DNA of 64,000 nucleotides from an uncultured Anaerolineaceae bacterium (GCA_964524485.1 CAZGFR010000004.1:3036-67035), one strand, 5' to 3'; counted from the stretch's first letter, positions 52,802 through 62,878 are shown. Notes: generated from the letters alone by a model not told the origin. Numbers and translations are program-made.

Positions 52802-53686
52802 TCAGGCTGGCTCGAGGGTGAAGACCGTGATCTCGGGCCTGCAATTGAAGCGCGCGTTGACGGTGGTCACGCCGACGCCGCGGTTCGTATAGAGCAGCAT
52901 ATCCCCGATATTATACAGGCCGCTCGGGTATTTTTGTCCCAGTTCGGGCAGGATGGGCGGACCGATCAACGGGAGGTTGATCTGACCGCCGTGGGTGTGA
53001 CCCGAGATCTGCAGGTCGAAGCGCCCCGCCGCCGCGCTGGTATCCGCGAAATCGGGTTCGTGGGCGAGCAGGACCGCGGCGCCGTCCGCTGGCAGGGACG
53101 CGAGCACCTGGTCGAGACGGTTCATCTTGTAGAGGATGTCGTCCACGGCGGCGATGTGAAATTTGGCATCGCCCCGTGTGAAGGTCTGGACCGAATTGCG
53201 CATGACCGTGACCCCTGCCTCGGTCAGCGCCTGCTCGACCCACCCCGCGTTGACGCGGTGATCGTGATTGCCGAGGATGGCCAGGGTGGGACAATACGCG
53301 GCCAGCGTGGGGAAAGAGCGGCGGACAATGTCGAGGCTGTCTGCGTAGGTGGTCCACTCGTTCGGCCTGCCGTAGGGACGGTATTCGACGTAGTCACCCG
53401 TGAGGGCGATGAAATCGGGCTTCTGCTCCAGGGTCAATTGGATGATGTGGTCCAGCCGCTCACGGTCGATCCATTGCCCCAAATGGAAGTCGCTGACCTG
53501 GACCAGCCTGACGCCGCGAAAGGCGGGGTCGAGACGAGGCAGTTTCAGGGTGAGGTTCTTGATCTCGATCCAGTTCATCTCCACCTCGGTGCTGTAGCCA
53601 TACCCAAAAATCCCGAGCAGGACGGTCGGGATGGAAATGGATTTGATCAATTGGAAGAAGTCTCTGCGGGAAAGTTTTTTATTCAT
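52802..53686 (-). CDS. Calcineurin-like metallophosphoesterase, probably exported
   Basis: It carries VQVSDFHLG, LTGDYV, GNHD and GHTHGGQ. The N-terminus MNKKLSRRDFFQLIK looks Tat-like. The start is taken at ATG 53686; the ORF-track start is a TTG at 53704. Confidence 0.8.
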   Translation of the reverse strand: MNKKLSRRDFFQLIKSISIPTVLLGIFGYGYSTEVEMNWIEIKNLTLKLPRLDPAFRGVRLVQVSDFHLGQWIDRERLDHIIQLTLEQKPDFIALTGDYVEYRPYGRPNEWTTYADSLDIVRRSFPTLAAYCPTLAILGNHDHRVNAGWVEQALTEAGVTVMRNSVQTFTRGDAKFHIAAVDDILYKMNRLDQVLASLPADGAAVLLAHEPDFADTSAAAGRFDLQISGHTHGGQINLPLIGPPILPELGQKYPSGLYNIGDMLLYTNRGVGVTTVNARFNCRPEITVFTLEPA

Positions 53687-53789
53687 GCGATAAAGAGAGG
53701 GCAACTCGATATTTCTTGGACAACTCGATCCACGATTTGATTACCTGCCTAATGAAGTTGAAAGAGCGTATGAGTTTGTTGATGGTTTT

Positions 53790-54242
53790 TTATAACTCTG
53801 ATGTATCTGAAATGTACCCCAGGATCGCTATTTGCTTGAAGAACTCTTTGAGATCATCTTCCTGGCATTCATTTTGAAACCCTAATTTTCTGTGGTCATT
53901 TTCAAGTTCGATGCTTAAGTAATAGCCATACTTCAAGGCGCTTCGTATCATCCAAATTCCCAATGGGATAAGGCCCAGGAGCATAAATTCCATTGCGTAC
54001 ATTCTTAGGTATCCCATCCACGCGCTGTAAAGCCTCAAGATGGGATAGGCTGCGATAAGGAACAAAACAATCCCAAATACAACTTGCACCACAGGACGTT
54101 CTGCCTGATACCCAAACCCGAGCGAGACCTTCTTGATATCCGCCTTGCGGACTGTAATGACCTCGGTCCTGCCCTCAACCATGGAGATTTTATCGGGTGT
54201 AACAAGGATGCCATTGAAAAAGACAAACGAGGGTTCCATCAT
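53790..54242 (-). CDS. Hypothetical membrane protein (low-GC islet)
   Basis: It has three hydrophobic segments and no recognisable motif. A GGTGAGG SD lies ~9 nt before ATG 54242. It sits in AT-rich sequence. Confidence 0.45.
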   Translation of the reverse strand: MMEPSFVFFNGILVTPDKISMVEGRTEVITVRKADIKKVSLGFGYQAERPVVQVVFGIVLFLIAAYPILRLYSAWMGYLRMYAMEFMLLGLIPLGIWMIRSALKYGYYLSIELENDHRKLGFQNECQEDDLKEFFKQIAILGYISDTSEL

Positions 54243-54275
54243 GGCCAAAGCCTCACCTTTTATTTTTTTCCGTCC

Positions 54276-54788
54276 CTAGCGAAGACGATTTTCCAGTTCT
54301 TTCAGGTGTTCCAGTATTTCGGGATGAAAATCGAACTGATGGGCGTATGATAAAGCGTCTCTTACCATGCTTTCGAACTCGTCAAAGTTTACGTGTTTTG
54401 CCTGGATGAGGAAAACGATGTCGTCAAGGTCAGTGTCCAATCCACGATCCAGTTTGCTTAGCGCAATGCTATATGGGTCGGCAATAAAGATGTTCAGGTT
54501 TCCAAACCGACCGATGGGGATGGCGCGTTCCGCACTGCCCTTTGGCAAGGGGATGAAGCGGTCAAGAGGAACAGGCTCGGCGCTGATCTTCAACTCTTTT
54601 GCCGCTTGCAATATCATCTTATGAAGTTCGCTGGGATGAATGTCGTCTCCGACAAAATCGATATCAATAGTCAAGCGAGGGTTTCCGAGCAGGGCCAAAG
54701 CACTCCCGCCCACCAAGATTAAATCAGAATTGGGCGGTACGCGTTCTCCTAGATTTCGCAAAACAGCTTGAATTTCCGCGTTATCCAT
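54276..54788 (-). CDS. Small nucleotidyltransferase-fold protein, AbiEii/DUF6036-like (low-GC islet)
   Basis: LILVGGSALALLGNPRLTIDIDF resembles the GG[ST]AL...R.T.DIDF signature of AbiEii-type NTases. It lies 4 nt downstream of its partner gene. Confidence 0.5.
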   Translation of the reverse strand: MDNAEIQAVLRNLGERVPPNSDLILVGGSALALLGNPRLTIDIDFVGDDIHPSELHKMILQAAKELKISAEPVPLDRFIPLPKGSAERAIPIGRFGNLNIFIADPYSIALSKLDRGLDTDLDDIVFLIQAKHVNFDEFESMVRDALSYAHQFDFHPEILEHLKELENRLR

Positions 54789-54792
54789 ACAG

Positions 54793-55284
54793 TCAGCCCT
54801 TCTTTAACTCCAAGCCCTTGCGCCAAATTTGCGCAGCGTGTTGATAGGTGCCAAGCCAGTCGGCGTACGAGCCACTTAACTCCTTATGCCGCTTCGCCAA
54901 CGCTTGCAAGTTTTCGTCGGGACGATCGCTGGGAGTTAAATTCAATTCTTTGGAAAAAAGATCGGGGAGATCTTCGGTTGGCAGATATTTTTTTGCCAAC
55001 CAGACTGCCGCGCTGTAATAACATTGGAGGGTAAGTCGCGCGGACGGGGCAAGGCCTTTGGCCACTTTTCGAACCTGCGACGCAAATTCGGGGTGCTCCA
55101 GGAATAGGGGAATTAATGAAAGCCGCAGACGGGCTTCGTTGCTTTGAGCAAGCGCTGCGATCAGGCGGGCAGGGTCTGTGTACAGGGACTCGTCCGAACT
55201 TTTCCCCACCATGACAAAGTTCACGCCCAGCACGTGCAAAGCCTGTGCAAGTTGGTCACCCGTGCTTGCGGAGGTGTGTTTCAT
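54793..55284 (-). CDS. Hypothetical protein, putative partner of the NTase (low-GC islet)
   Basis: From ATG 55284 the protein reads MKHTSASTGDQLAQALHVLG. I found no recognisable motif. The ORF-track extension overlaps fni and is rejected. Confidence 0.45.
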   Translation of the reverse strand: MKHTSASTGDQLAQALHVLGVNFVMVGKSSDESLYTDPARLIAALAQSNEARLRLSLIPLFLEHPEFASQVRKVAKGLAPSARLTLQCYYSAAVWLAKKYLPTEDLPDLFSKELNLTPSDRPDENLQALAKRHKELSGSYADWLGTYQHAAQIWRKGLELKKG

Positions 55285-55312
55285 GATTAAATTATATCGC
55301 ACCTGGCACACA

Positions 55313-56341
55313 TTATTCCGCGACCAACTTTCCATCCTTAAGCCCATCCAACTTCCCCGCCCCACACGCAAACATTGTGACCTCGATCTGGCGTTTGGTC
55401 AGGTTCATCATCTCGACCACGTTCCCGGTGGAGACGGCGGCAGCTTTGAGGAACGGTCCCGCCATGCCGCCCAGGGTGGCGCCGAGGGCGACGCACTTGG
55501 CGATGTCGAGGCCGTCCTTGAGTCCGCCCGAGGCGAAGATGGGCATGTCGGGCGTAGCGCGGCGGACGTTGAGAATCGACTCGGCGGTGGGAATGCCCCA
55601 GCCAACGAATGTGGCCGCCAGTTGACGGGTGAACTCGTCGGGCGCGCGGTGCATCTCGACCTGCGACCAACTCGTGCCGCCCGCGCCCGCCACATCGATG
55701 GCAGAGACGCCGCACTCGGCCAGCAGTTTCGCCGTCCGCTCGGAGATGCCCCAGCCGACCTCCTTGGCAATGACGGGGATGGGCAGCTTGGCGCAGACCT
55801 CTTCGATCTTTTTGGCAATGCCCGCCCAGTTGGTGTCGCCCGCATCCTGCACGGCCTCTTGCAGCGGGTTGAGGTGCAGATAGAGCGCGTCGGCCTGGAT
55901 CATGTCCACGGCGCGGCGGCATTCGTCCACGCCGTAGCCGTAGTTGAATTGGACCGCGCCGAGGTTGGCGAAGAGCAGGATGTCAGGCGCGACTTTCCGC
56001 ACCTGGAAGGTGGCGGCCTGTTCGGGATGTTCCAATGCGGCGCGCTGCGACCCGACCCCCATTGCCACGCGGACCTCCTGGGCGGCTTCCGCCAGCCGCA
56101 GGTTGATCGTGCCCGCATCGGACGTGCCGCCCGTCATCGAGCTGACCAGGATCGGGGCGGAGAGCCGCCGTCCAAACAGGACCAGGCTGGGGTCCACGTG
56201 GTTGAGGTCCACTTCGGGCAGGGCCTCGTGGACGAAGCGGTAGTTCTCGAGTCCCGTGGTCAGCGCGGAGCGGACATCCTGCTCGAGATTGATCTTGATG
56301 TGGTCGGCTTTCCTCTGGTCGATCGGCGCAACTTTTGACAT
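55313..56341 (-). CDS. fni: Isopentenyl-diphosphate delta-isomerase, type 2 (FMN-dependent)
   Basis: The protein reads [69 protein letters not shown]. Confidence 0.9.
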   Translation of the reverse strand: MSKVAPIDQRKADHIKINLEQDVRSALTTGLENYRFVHEALPEVDLNHVDPSLVLFGRRLSAPILVSSMTGGTSDAGTINLRLAEAAQEVRVAMGVGSQRAALEHPEQAATFQVRKVAPDILLFANLGAVQFNYGYGVDECRRAVDMIQADALYLHLNPLQEAVQDAGDTNWAGIAKKIEEVCAKLPIPVIAKEVGWGISERTAKLLAECGVSAIDVAGAGGTSWSQVEMHRAPDEFTRQLAATFVGWGIPTAESILNVRRATPDMPIFASGGLKDGLDIAKCVALGATLGGMAGPFLKAAAVSTGNVVEMMNLTKRQIEVTMFACGAGKLDGLKDGKLVAE

Positions 56342-56390
56342 AAGGTAGTGTTCCTGTCTTTGAACATCCCCTAAAGGGACGAGTGCTGGC

Positions 56391-56418
56391 TTGACAGTGC
56401 AAGTGAAAAGATTACAAT
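56391..56418 (+). promoter_or_regulatory. Near-consensus sigma70 promoter for acpP (TTGACA -16- TACAAT)
   Basis: TTGACA lies at 56391-56396 and TACAAT at 56413-56418. A GGAGGA SD follows at 56448-56453 and the ATG is at 56458. Confidence 0.6.
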
Positions 56419-56457
56419 AAGCCAGCCTATCTTGTACATACCAATTTGGAGGATCAA

Positions 56458-56691
56458 ATGTCTGACACGTATGAAGAAGTCAAGAAGATCGTTGTGGATC
56501 TGCTTGGCGTGGATGAAGCCAAGGTGACGGCCGATGCCCGTTTCCGCGAGGAACTCGAAGCCGATTCGCTCGACCTGGTGGAACTCATCATGGCCTTCGA
56601 GGACAAGTTCGGCGCCGAGATCTCGGACGAGGACGCGCAGTCCATCACGACCGTCGGCGAGGCCGTCAAGTACATCGACTCGCACAAATAA
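56458..56691 (+). CDS. acpP: Acyl carrier protein
   Basis: [52 protein letters not shown] contains the DSLD phosphopantetheine-attachment site. The ORF-track start at 56446 is a TTG lying inside the SD region. Confidence 0.9.
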   Translation: MSDTYEEVKKIVVDLLGVDEAKVTADARFREELEADSLDLVELIMAFEDKFGAEISDEDAQSITTVGEAVKYIDSHK

Positions 56692-56707
56692 TACAGCGAT
56701 TATAACC

Positions 56708-56736
56708 GTGGAGCCGCCCGTTGAAGGCGGCTCCAC
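56708..56736 (+). terminator. Terminator hairpin after acpP
   Basis: An 11-bp stem gtggagccgcc / ggcggctccac with loop cgttgaa. The T-run is weak (gcgttt). Confidence 0.5.
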
Positions 56737-56827
56737 GCGTTTAAGAGAGGGATTTGAGAGTCATTTACCTCTTTAACTTCCCCATTTTCGATGAGCGAAA
56801 ACGCTGGAGGAGTGATGAATAATACAA

Positions 56828-56854
56828 CTCCCCAATTTCACAGAAATTGGGGAG
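56828..56854 (-). terminator. Terminator hairpin after sucD
   Basis: An 11-bp stem ctccccaattt / aaattggggag with loop cacag. A U-rich tract (ttgtattatt) follows on the minus strand. Confidence 0.5.
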
Positions 56855-56867
56855 AGTAGGGTTGGGG

Positions 56868-57728
56868 CTATTTCAACAGCGAGGGGATTTCCTCGGGGTG
56901 CTTGGCCACGCGCACGCCCGCGGACTCGAGCGCGCGGACCTTGTCGGCTGCGGTGCCAGCTCCGCCTTCGATGATGGCGCCCGCGTGTCCCATGCGTTTG
57001 CCTGGAGGAGCGGTCTGGCCCGCGATGAAGGAGACCACGGGCTTGGTCATCTTGGTGCGGATGAAGTCGGCCGCCTTTTCCTCATCGGTGCCGCCGATCT
57101 CGCCGATCATCACGACCTTCTCGGTCTTGGGATCGTGCTCGAACATATCCAGCACGTCGATGAAGTTGGTGCCGTTGACGGGGTCGCCGCCGATGCCCAC
57201 GCAAGTGGACGAGCCCATGCCGACCTGCTTGAGCGCGTACAGCACTTCGTAGGTCAGCGTGCCCGAGCGTGAGACCACGCCCACGTTGCCAGGGATGGCG
57301 ATGTTGCCAGGGATGATGCCGACCTTGGCCTCGCCAGGGGTCAGCAGGCCAGGACAGTTCGGGCCGACCAGACGGACCTTCTTTTGATCGAGGTAGTTGC
57401 GCACGCGCATCATGTCCTGCACGGCCACGCCTTCGGTGATGCAGATGACCAGCGGGATGCCCGCATCCGCCGCCTCGAACATGGCGTCGGGGGCGAAGCG
57501 CGCGGGGACGAAGATGATCGAGGCGTTGGCGCCCGTGGCTTCGACGGCCAGCTTGACCGAGTCGAACACGGGGACCTTGTCCAGCACCCATTCGCCGCCC
57601 TTGCCAGGCGTCACGCCCGCGACGACGTTGGTGCCGTAATTGACCATCTGGGTGGTGTGGAAGAGGCCTTCCGAGCCTGTGATGCCCTGCACCAGCAGGC
57701 GGGTATTCTTGTCAACTAGGATGCTCAT
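56868..57728 (-). CDS. sucD: Succinyl-CoA synthetase alpha subunit
   Basis: The protein reads [30 protein letters not shown]. It contains the phosphohistidine loop MGHAGAI. Confidence 0.95.
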   Translation of the reverse strand: MSILVDKNTRLLVQGITGSEGLFHTTQMVNYGTNVVAGVTPGKGGEWVLDKVPVFDSVKLAVEATGANASIIFVPARFAPDAMFEAADAGIPLVICITEGVAVQDMMRVRNYLDQKKVRLVGPNCPGLLTPGEAKVGIIPGNIAIPGNVGVVSRSGTLTYEVLYALKQVGMGSSTCVGIGGDPVNGTNFIDVLDMFEHDPKTEKVVMIGEIGGTDEEKAADFIRTKMTKPVVSFIAGQTAPPGKRMGHAGAIIEGGAGTAADKVRALESAGVRVAKHPEEIPSLLK

Positions 57729-57731
57729 GGA

Positions 57732-58868
57732 TTAGGCTCCCTTCGCGGCAGCGACGGCCTTCTTGGCGGCGTCGGCGAGAGTTTCAGCGGTGATCATTTT
57801 GGCGTCGGCCAGCAGCTGGCGGCCTTCTTCAGCATTGGTGCCCACCAGGCGGACAACCATCGGGACCTTGGGCTTGACCTCGGCCATGGCGGCCAGGATG
57901 CCCTTGGCCACTTCGTCACAGCGGGTGATACCGCCGAAGATGTTGAACAGCACAGCCTTGACGTTCGGGTCGGACAGGATGATGCGCATGGCCGCGGCCA
58001 CTTTTTCCGCGCCCGCGCCGCCGCCGATATCCAGGAAGTTGGCGGGCTCGCCGCCGAAGAGTTTGACGATGTCCATACTGGTCATGGCCAGGCCTGCGCC
58101 GTTGACCATGCAGCCGATATTGCCGTCCAGTTTGATGAAGGACAGTCCGTACTTGCGGGCCTCGGTCTCGGCGGGGGCTTCCTCGTCGATGTCGCGCATC
58201 TCGCTCAGGTCCGAGTGGCGGAAGAGGGCGTTGTCGTCGATCATCATCTTGCCGTCCAGGGCCACCAGACGTTTGTCCTTGGTGATGACCAGCGGATTGA
58301 TCTCGGCCAGGGTGGCGTCGGTGCTGCTGTAGGCCTTCCACAGGCCGTTGGCAATGGCGCCAAAGTCCTTCCAGTATTCGCGCGGCAGGTCCATCGAGGC
58401 GGCGATGTCGCGGGCTTGATAGTCGCGCAGGCCCAGCAGGGGATCGATGTGGACCTTGATGATCTTTTCGGGATGGGTGGCAGCCACTTCTTCGATGTCC
58501 ACGCCGCCCGCGGCGGAGGCCATGATGACGGGTTTCTTGGCGGCGCGATCGTTGGTGATGGCGAAGTAGATTTCCTGGTCGATGGCGGCGGCTTCGTCCA
58601 CCAACACCTTGCGGACGGGCAGGCCCTTGATCTCCATGCCCAGGATCTGCGTGGCGAGCTGTTCGGCTTCCTGCGGGTCCTTGGCGAGTTTCACCCCACC
58701 CGCCTTGCCGCGTCCGCCGACGAGCACCTGCGATTTAATGACAACGCGGCCACCGAGCTCTTCTGCGATCTGTCTGGCTTCGCTTGCGGTTGCCGCGACC
58801 CGTCCCTTGGGGATGGGAATTCCGAACTTTGAAAAAATTTGTTTCGATTGGTATTCGTGAAGTTTCAT
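57732..58868 (-). CDS. sucC: Succinyl-CoA synthetase beta subunit
   Basis: [22 protein letters not shown] marks an ATP-grasp N-terminus. The motifs [14 protein letters not shown] and [10 protein letters not shown] are present. Confidence 0.95.
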   Translation of the reverse strand: MKLHEYQSKQIFSKFGIPIPKGRVAATASEARQIAEELGGRVVIKSQVLVGGRGKAGGVKLAKDPQEAEQLATQILGMEIKGLPVRKVLVDEAAAIDQEIYFAITNDRAAKKPVIMASAAGGVDIEEVAATHPEKIIKVHIDPLLGLRDYQARDIAASMDLPREYWKDFGAIANGLWKAYSSTDATLAEINPLVITKDKRLVALDGKMMIDDNALFRHSDLSEMRDIDEEAPAETEARKYGLSFIKLDGNIGCMVNGAGLAMTSMDIVKLFGGEPANFLDIGGGAGAEKVAAAMRIILSDPNVKAVLFNIFGGITRCDEVAKGILAAMAEVKPKVPMVVRLVGTNAEEGRQLLADAKMITAETLADAAKKAVAAAKGA

Positions 58869-58912
58869 CGCATCCTCTGTGTCAGGCGTGTGCCCGGGGT
58901 ACGTACAGCGCG

Positions 58913-58921
58913 ATTATACCA
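58913..58921 (-). promoter_or_regulatory. Extended -10 promoter element (TGgTATAAT) for sucCD
   Basis: The minus strand reads cccagTGGTATAATcgcgc. It lies ~44 nt upstream of the sucC ATG, and an AGAGGA SD lies in between. Confidence 0.45.
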
Positions 58922-58967
58922 CTGGGATTTTTGCCCCCTTCCTGACCTTTTCCCGTTTTTAAAGTGC

Positions 58968-58998
58968 TTAACCACGAAGGGCACAAAGTACACAAAGG
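58968..58998 (+). repeat. 31-nt intergenic repeat with 9-nt periodicity, copy 2 (ttaaccacgaagggcacaaagtacacaaagg)
   Basis: It matches the reverse complement of 3899-3929 at 29 of 31 positions. Confidence 0.6.
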
Positions 58999-59115
58999 AA
59001 AAAGAGATGCTCACCTGCGCTGACCAAACGCACGATTTTCCAAGCAAATCGGGTGCAAGTATCGCTTTCGTGCAGCACGACACATCAAGAGTATGGTATT
59101 AACTTGGAGTACATA

Positions 59116-59148
59116 TAAAACAAAAAGGAGCAACCTGCTGGCTGCTCC
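59116..59148 (-). terminator. Rho-independent terminator of the glycosyltransferase-NHL gene
   Basis: A 9-bp stem with one mismatch (ggagcaacc, 59127-59135 / ggctgctcc, 59140-59148) has loop tgct. On the minus strand it is followed by tttttgtttt. Confidence 0.6.
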
Positions 59149-59167
59149 TTTTGCATTCGAGATGATA

Positions 59168-62100
59168 TTACGGGACGGTGAAGCGCAGGATGCGCTGGAA
59201 GGCGGAGTCGGTGACCCAGACGTGACCCTCGGGGTCCACGGCGATGCCCGAGGGCAGGCCGAAGCCTGTGGGGGTGTCGCCGTAATCGCCCCAGACCTTG
59301 AGCAGTTCGCCGTCGCTCGAGAATTCCATCACGCGGAAGCCTTCGGGGTCGGTGATGAAGACGTGACCCTGTTGGTCCACGGCGATGAAGGGCTTGTTAT
59401 CGAGCGACTGGCTGAACCAGCCGTACACATCCCATTGCTTTTCGGGATAGAAGCTCATCCCATCCTCGGAGGGCAGGAAGGTCTGCACACGCTGGTTCCA
59501 CGTATCGGAGACGTAGATGCGGTCCTGCGCATCCACGGCCACGCCGACGGGTTCATCGAACATGCCAGGCTCCAGGCCGCCCGAGCCGATCTGGGTGATG
59601 GGCGTGCCGTCCGATTCGTAGACGACGATGCGTTTGTTGCCCGTGTCCGCCACGTAGACGCGGCCCTGGCTGTCCACGGCGATGCCGCGCGGACCGTAGA
59701 GTTTGAGCAGGGTATCGCCCTGTCCGAACTCGCCCCAGGCGGTGAGCGGGATGCCCGTCGACGAGAACTTCTGGATGCGGTGATTCCACGTATCGGAGAC
59801 ATACACCGACCCGTCGGGGCCGACTGCCACGCCCCACGGTTCGCTGAACTTGCCGAGCGGCGCAGGCGGACCCTGGGATGGGTCGGGGCTTTGCTCAAAG
59901 GAACCCCACTCGTTCAGGGTGATGCCCTCCGCGTTCAGGTGCAGGATGCGGTGATTGAGCGAGTCAGCCACGTAGAAGGTGCCATCCTTGGCGAAGGCCA
60001 GGGAGCGCGGCGCGTTCAACAGGACGGGATTCGCCTGGGTGGAGTCCAGCATCAGGTCGGCGGGGAGGGTGACAACCTTCCCTTCGGTGGGATCCTGCTG
60101 AGGCTGCTGCGCCACAGGGCCGACGCCATAATTCCAGATCTGGGCGGCCACGTCCTTGCGGATGTACATGCGCATCTGGTCGGCGGGCTGCCAGGTGGAG
60201 AGGGTCAGGTCGTTGCGACCCAAGGCCTGGGCGTAGGTGGTGTAATCGCGGTCGAGCCAGATCTTGACCAGGCCCGCGCGGATCTGCGGGTCGAGCAGGG
60301 CGGAGCAGACGCGCGAGTAATCGTTTTTCGGGAACCAGCGCAGGAATCCGAGCGGACCCTTGCAGGAATAGGTGTCGTCGAACGGGATGCTGGGTTCGGG
60401 GCGCGGGTTGACCAGGCCGAAGTAATCCTGCATCGGCCACCACATGCGGATGTAGTCCACGCGATAGTAGTTGGTGCCGAGGGCGGGCTCGATCTTGTCG
60501 AAGTTCTTCTGGTCCACGATCACCACCACGGCGTCACGCAGCGAGCGAGTGGGGGCGTCGAAGGAGCGCTGATTGGTGTAATCGCGCAGATACCACACGA
60601 ACGGCCAGGAGACGCCCGTGTCGGGCGCGGAGGCGTCGTAGGCGATGGCCAGGTTGTATCCGCCCGCGGTGCGTTCGGAGATCTCCTTGGCCTGGGCCAT
60701 GACCTGCTTGATGCCCGTCGCGCCGTGAGCATAGACGAGGAACTCGGTGGCGTCATCGTAATTGATGTACGAGGCGCGGAAGGAGGCGCGCATGGTCAGC
60801 GCCGCCAGCAGCGCAAAGAAGGTCAACACGAAGACCCGCTTGACCTGGTTGGAATTCCACTTCATCAGCAGGAAGGCCGCTCCCACGCCGCTGGCCACCG
60901 CCACCAGGGCGGGCAGCAGGAAGGCGCTGGTGGCTTCGAGCTGGGCCAACTCCTTGCCCTGGAAGGGTGGATTGAGATTCCAGGACAGGACGGCGTTGAA
61001 GAAGCTGGCCACGAAGACCACCACCACGCCGAGCGAGACCCATACGCGTTTTTCGCGCAAACCCTCCCAGTCCAGGGTTTCGAAGAGATGGCCGAGCGCC
61101 CAGCCCGTGATCAGGATCATCGGCCAGGTCAGGTGGACGGTGAGCCAGGGCATGCGCTCGCCCGCGTAGGAGAAGGCTGCCACGCTGATGACGCTCCACC
61201 AGGCCAGCAGGCTGAACATGTTGGTGAAGTTGTCGGCGGGGGCGGGTTCGTCGGTTTCTTCGTCGAAACCTGCGGCGGGCACGCGGACGGTGACCCGATC
61301 GTTCTCGTCGAGCGGAGCGTCACAGGCCACGCAGGAGGAGGATTGGACGGGATTGCTGGTGCCGCAATAGCCGCAGCGCAGGAAGGTCGCTTCGGTGAGA
61401 TTCTGTTCGGTGAGGAGGACGCCTGACTCGGAAAGTTCGACTTCCTCATTCTGCCTGGCTCGTCGAATCCACAGGCGGGCGCCGAGGAAGACGGCCAGCA
61501 GCAGACCGAGGGCGGGCAGGAACTCGTACATGGGAATCTGCACAAGCAGATAGTAGTACCAGGGTTGGCTGCCGCGCTGCACTCCCTGCTGGACGATCCA
61601 GTAACCGAGCGAGCCGATCGTGCCTGTGAAGAAGCCGTCGCTGTTGGTGAAGAAGGTGGTGTACAGCACGGTGAACGGCACCCAGAAGGTGAGCGCCAGT
61701 TTCCACCACAGGCGGCGGTTCCAGATGAAGCCGATGGCGATGGAGACGCCGAAAGTGGCCAGGAGCAGGAGCGCCACTTTGACCACTGCATCGACGGTCA
61801 TCGCCTGGACCGAGGCCATGTCGGTGGGGATGGTCACGTTCATCCATTTCTTCAGGACCTCGATCAGGAAGGCCGTCAGCAGGGGCAGGACCAGGGTCCC
61901 CGAAAGGATCAGCAGGTCGAAGGAACGCTCCTTGAGGATGCGCCTCCAGCCAAATCCGCGGATGAGATAGAAGGCGGCTGCGATGAAGGCTGCAAAGGCG
62001 AACACTCCCAGGATGACGGGAATCGAAACAGGGGAGGATCCTTCCGTTGCCAGCGGGGTCGGGACCGTCTGGCCTGGCGCGGCAGGAGCGGCGGTTTCCG

Positions 62101-62857
62101 TCCCCGAGAGAGTCTCATTCTGATGGGTGTACACCTGCGCGAAGACGGTCAACCCGCCCAATACCAGTCCGATCACCAGGGCGACCACGAAGGCGCGGTA
62201 ATCGGAGGGGTTGTGAGTCCACGGGCGATGGGTGACGCGGGCGATGAAATAAATCGCCAGGTAGAGCAGGATCTGCGCCGCATAGATGTAGGAAGTCTCT
62301 TTGGAGGTAAAGTGCAGACACAGTGCGGCGGCGAAGAAGTACAGGTATTTGGGCTTGGCGGTTTCGAGATAGCGCAGGGTGGCGTACAACATCACCACGC
62401 CCGAGAAGGCCACGAAGGACTCGTTGCGGACGTAGCGCGAGTAGTACAGCATGTAAGGCGAGATGACCATCAGGAAGCCCGCGATGATCGCGCCCGCCTT
62501 GCCGAGATAATCGCGCCAGTACCAGATCATCCAGACCGTGGCGATGCCGAACAGGGCAGCAGGGATGCGGGCCGTGAAGTCGCTCACGCCGAACAGGAAG
62601 TAGGTCAGCGCGATGATGTGGAACTGGAACGGCCCGTGCATCATCGGGCTGTGCTGGTAGCCCTGTCCGCGATAAAGCAGCCAGGAGAAATAGGTATGCA
62701 GGCTTTCGTCGTGGCTCATCACGCGCGGTTCGAGCATGTAGAAGCGCGTGGCAATGGCCAGCAGGATGACCAGCCCAAACAGCAGCACCTCGTTGGTGAT
62801 GGCAGGCAGGGCGGGATGAATGGAACGTTCAAGCCAGGGACGTTTTTCGTTGGTCAT
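59168..62857 (-). CDS. Giant membrane protein: GT-C-type (GT39/ArnT/TIGR03663-like) glycosyltransferase + inserted zinc ribbon + second TM block + C-terminal six-bladed NHL beta-propeller
   Basis: The N-terminus reads RFYMLEPRVMSHDESLHTYFSWLLYRG..PMMHGPFQFH with many TM segments. An internal zinc ribbon reads CGYCGTSNPVQSSSCVACDAPL. The C-terminal repeats read YVADSLNHRILHL, YVSDTWNHRIQKF, YVADTGNKRIVVY, YVSDTWNQRVQTF, FITDPEGFRVMEF and WVTDSAFQRILRF. Confidence 0.8.
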   Translation of the reverse strand: MTNEKRPWLERSIHPALPAITNEVLLFGLVILLAIATRFYMLEPRVMSHDESLHTYFSWLLYRGQGYQHSPMMHGPFQFHIIALTYFLFGVSDFTARIPAALFGIATVWMIWYWRDYLGKAGAIIAGFLMVISPYMLYYSRYVRNESFVAFSGVVMLYATLRYLETAKPKYLYFFAAALCLHFTSKETSYIYAAQILLYLAIYFIARVTHRPWTHNPSDYRAFVVALVIGLVLGGLTVFAQVYTHQNETLSGTETAAPAAPGQTVPTPLATEGSSPVSIPVILGVFAFAAFIAAAFYLIRGFGWRRILKERSFDLLILSGTLVLPLLTAFLIEVLKKWMNVTIPTDMASVQAMTVDAVVKVALLLLATFGVSIAIGFIWNRRLWWKLALTFWVPFTVLYTTFFTNSDGFFTGTIGSLGYWIVQQGVQRGSQPWYYYLLVQIPMYEFLPALGLLLAVFLGARLWIRRARQNEEVELSESGVLLTEQNLTEATFLRCGYCGTSNPVQSSSCVACDAPLDENDRVTVRVPAAGFDEETDEPAPADNFTNMFSLLAWWSVISVAAFSYAGERMPWLTVHLTWPMILITGWALGHLFETLDWEGLREKRVWVSLGVVVVFVASFFNAVLSWNLNPPFQGKELAQLEATSAFLLPALVAVASGVGAAFLLMKWNSNQVKRVFVLTFFALLAALTMRASFRASYINYDDATEFLVYAHGATGIKQVMAQAKEISERTAGGYNLAIAYDASAPDTGVSWPFVWYLRDYTNQRSFDAPTRSLRDAVVVIVDQKNFDKIEPALGTNYYRVDYIRMWWPMQDYFGLVNPRPEPSIPFDDTYSCKGPLGFLRWFPKNDYSRVCSALLDPQIRAGLVKIWLDRDYTTYAQALGRNDLTLSTWQPADQMRMYIRKDVAAQIWNYGVGPVAQQPQQDPTEGKVVTLPADLMLDSTQANPVLLNAPRSLAFAKDGTFYVADSLNHRILHLNAEGITLNEWGSFEQSPDPSQGPPAPLGKFSEPWGVAVGPDGSVYVSDTWNHRIQKFSSTGIPLTAWGEFGQGDTLLKLYGPRGIAVDSQGRVYVADTGNKRIVVYESDGTPITQIGSGGLEPGMFDEPVGVAVDAQDRIYVSDTWNQRVQTFLPSEDGMSFYPEKQWDVYGWFSQSLDNKPFIAVDQQGHVFITDPEGFRVMEFSSDGELLKVWGDYGDTPTGFGLPSGIAVDPEGHVWVTDSAFQRILRFTVP

Positions 62858-62878
62858 AAATTCTCTTATCGAAGGATT

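Noticed and set aside
53700-55312. Treating the low-GC islet as a defined mobile element (integrative element, IS or MITE)
   Set aside because: I found no integrase, transposase or recombinase gene and no terminal inverted repeats. The tRNA gene is not adjacent. The only nearby duplication is a 9-nt caactcgat at 53702 and 53722. Horizontal origin is suggested by composition only.
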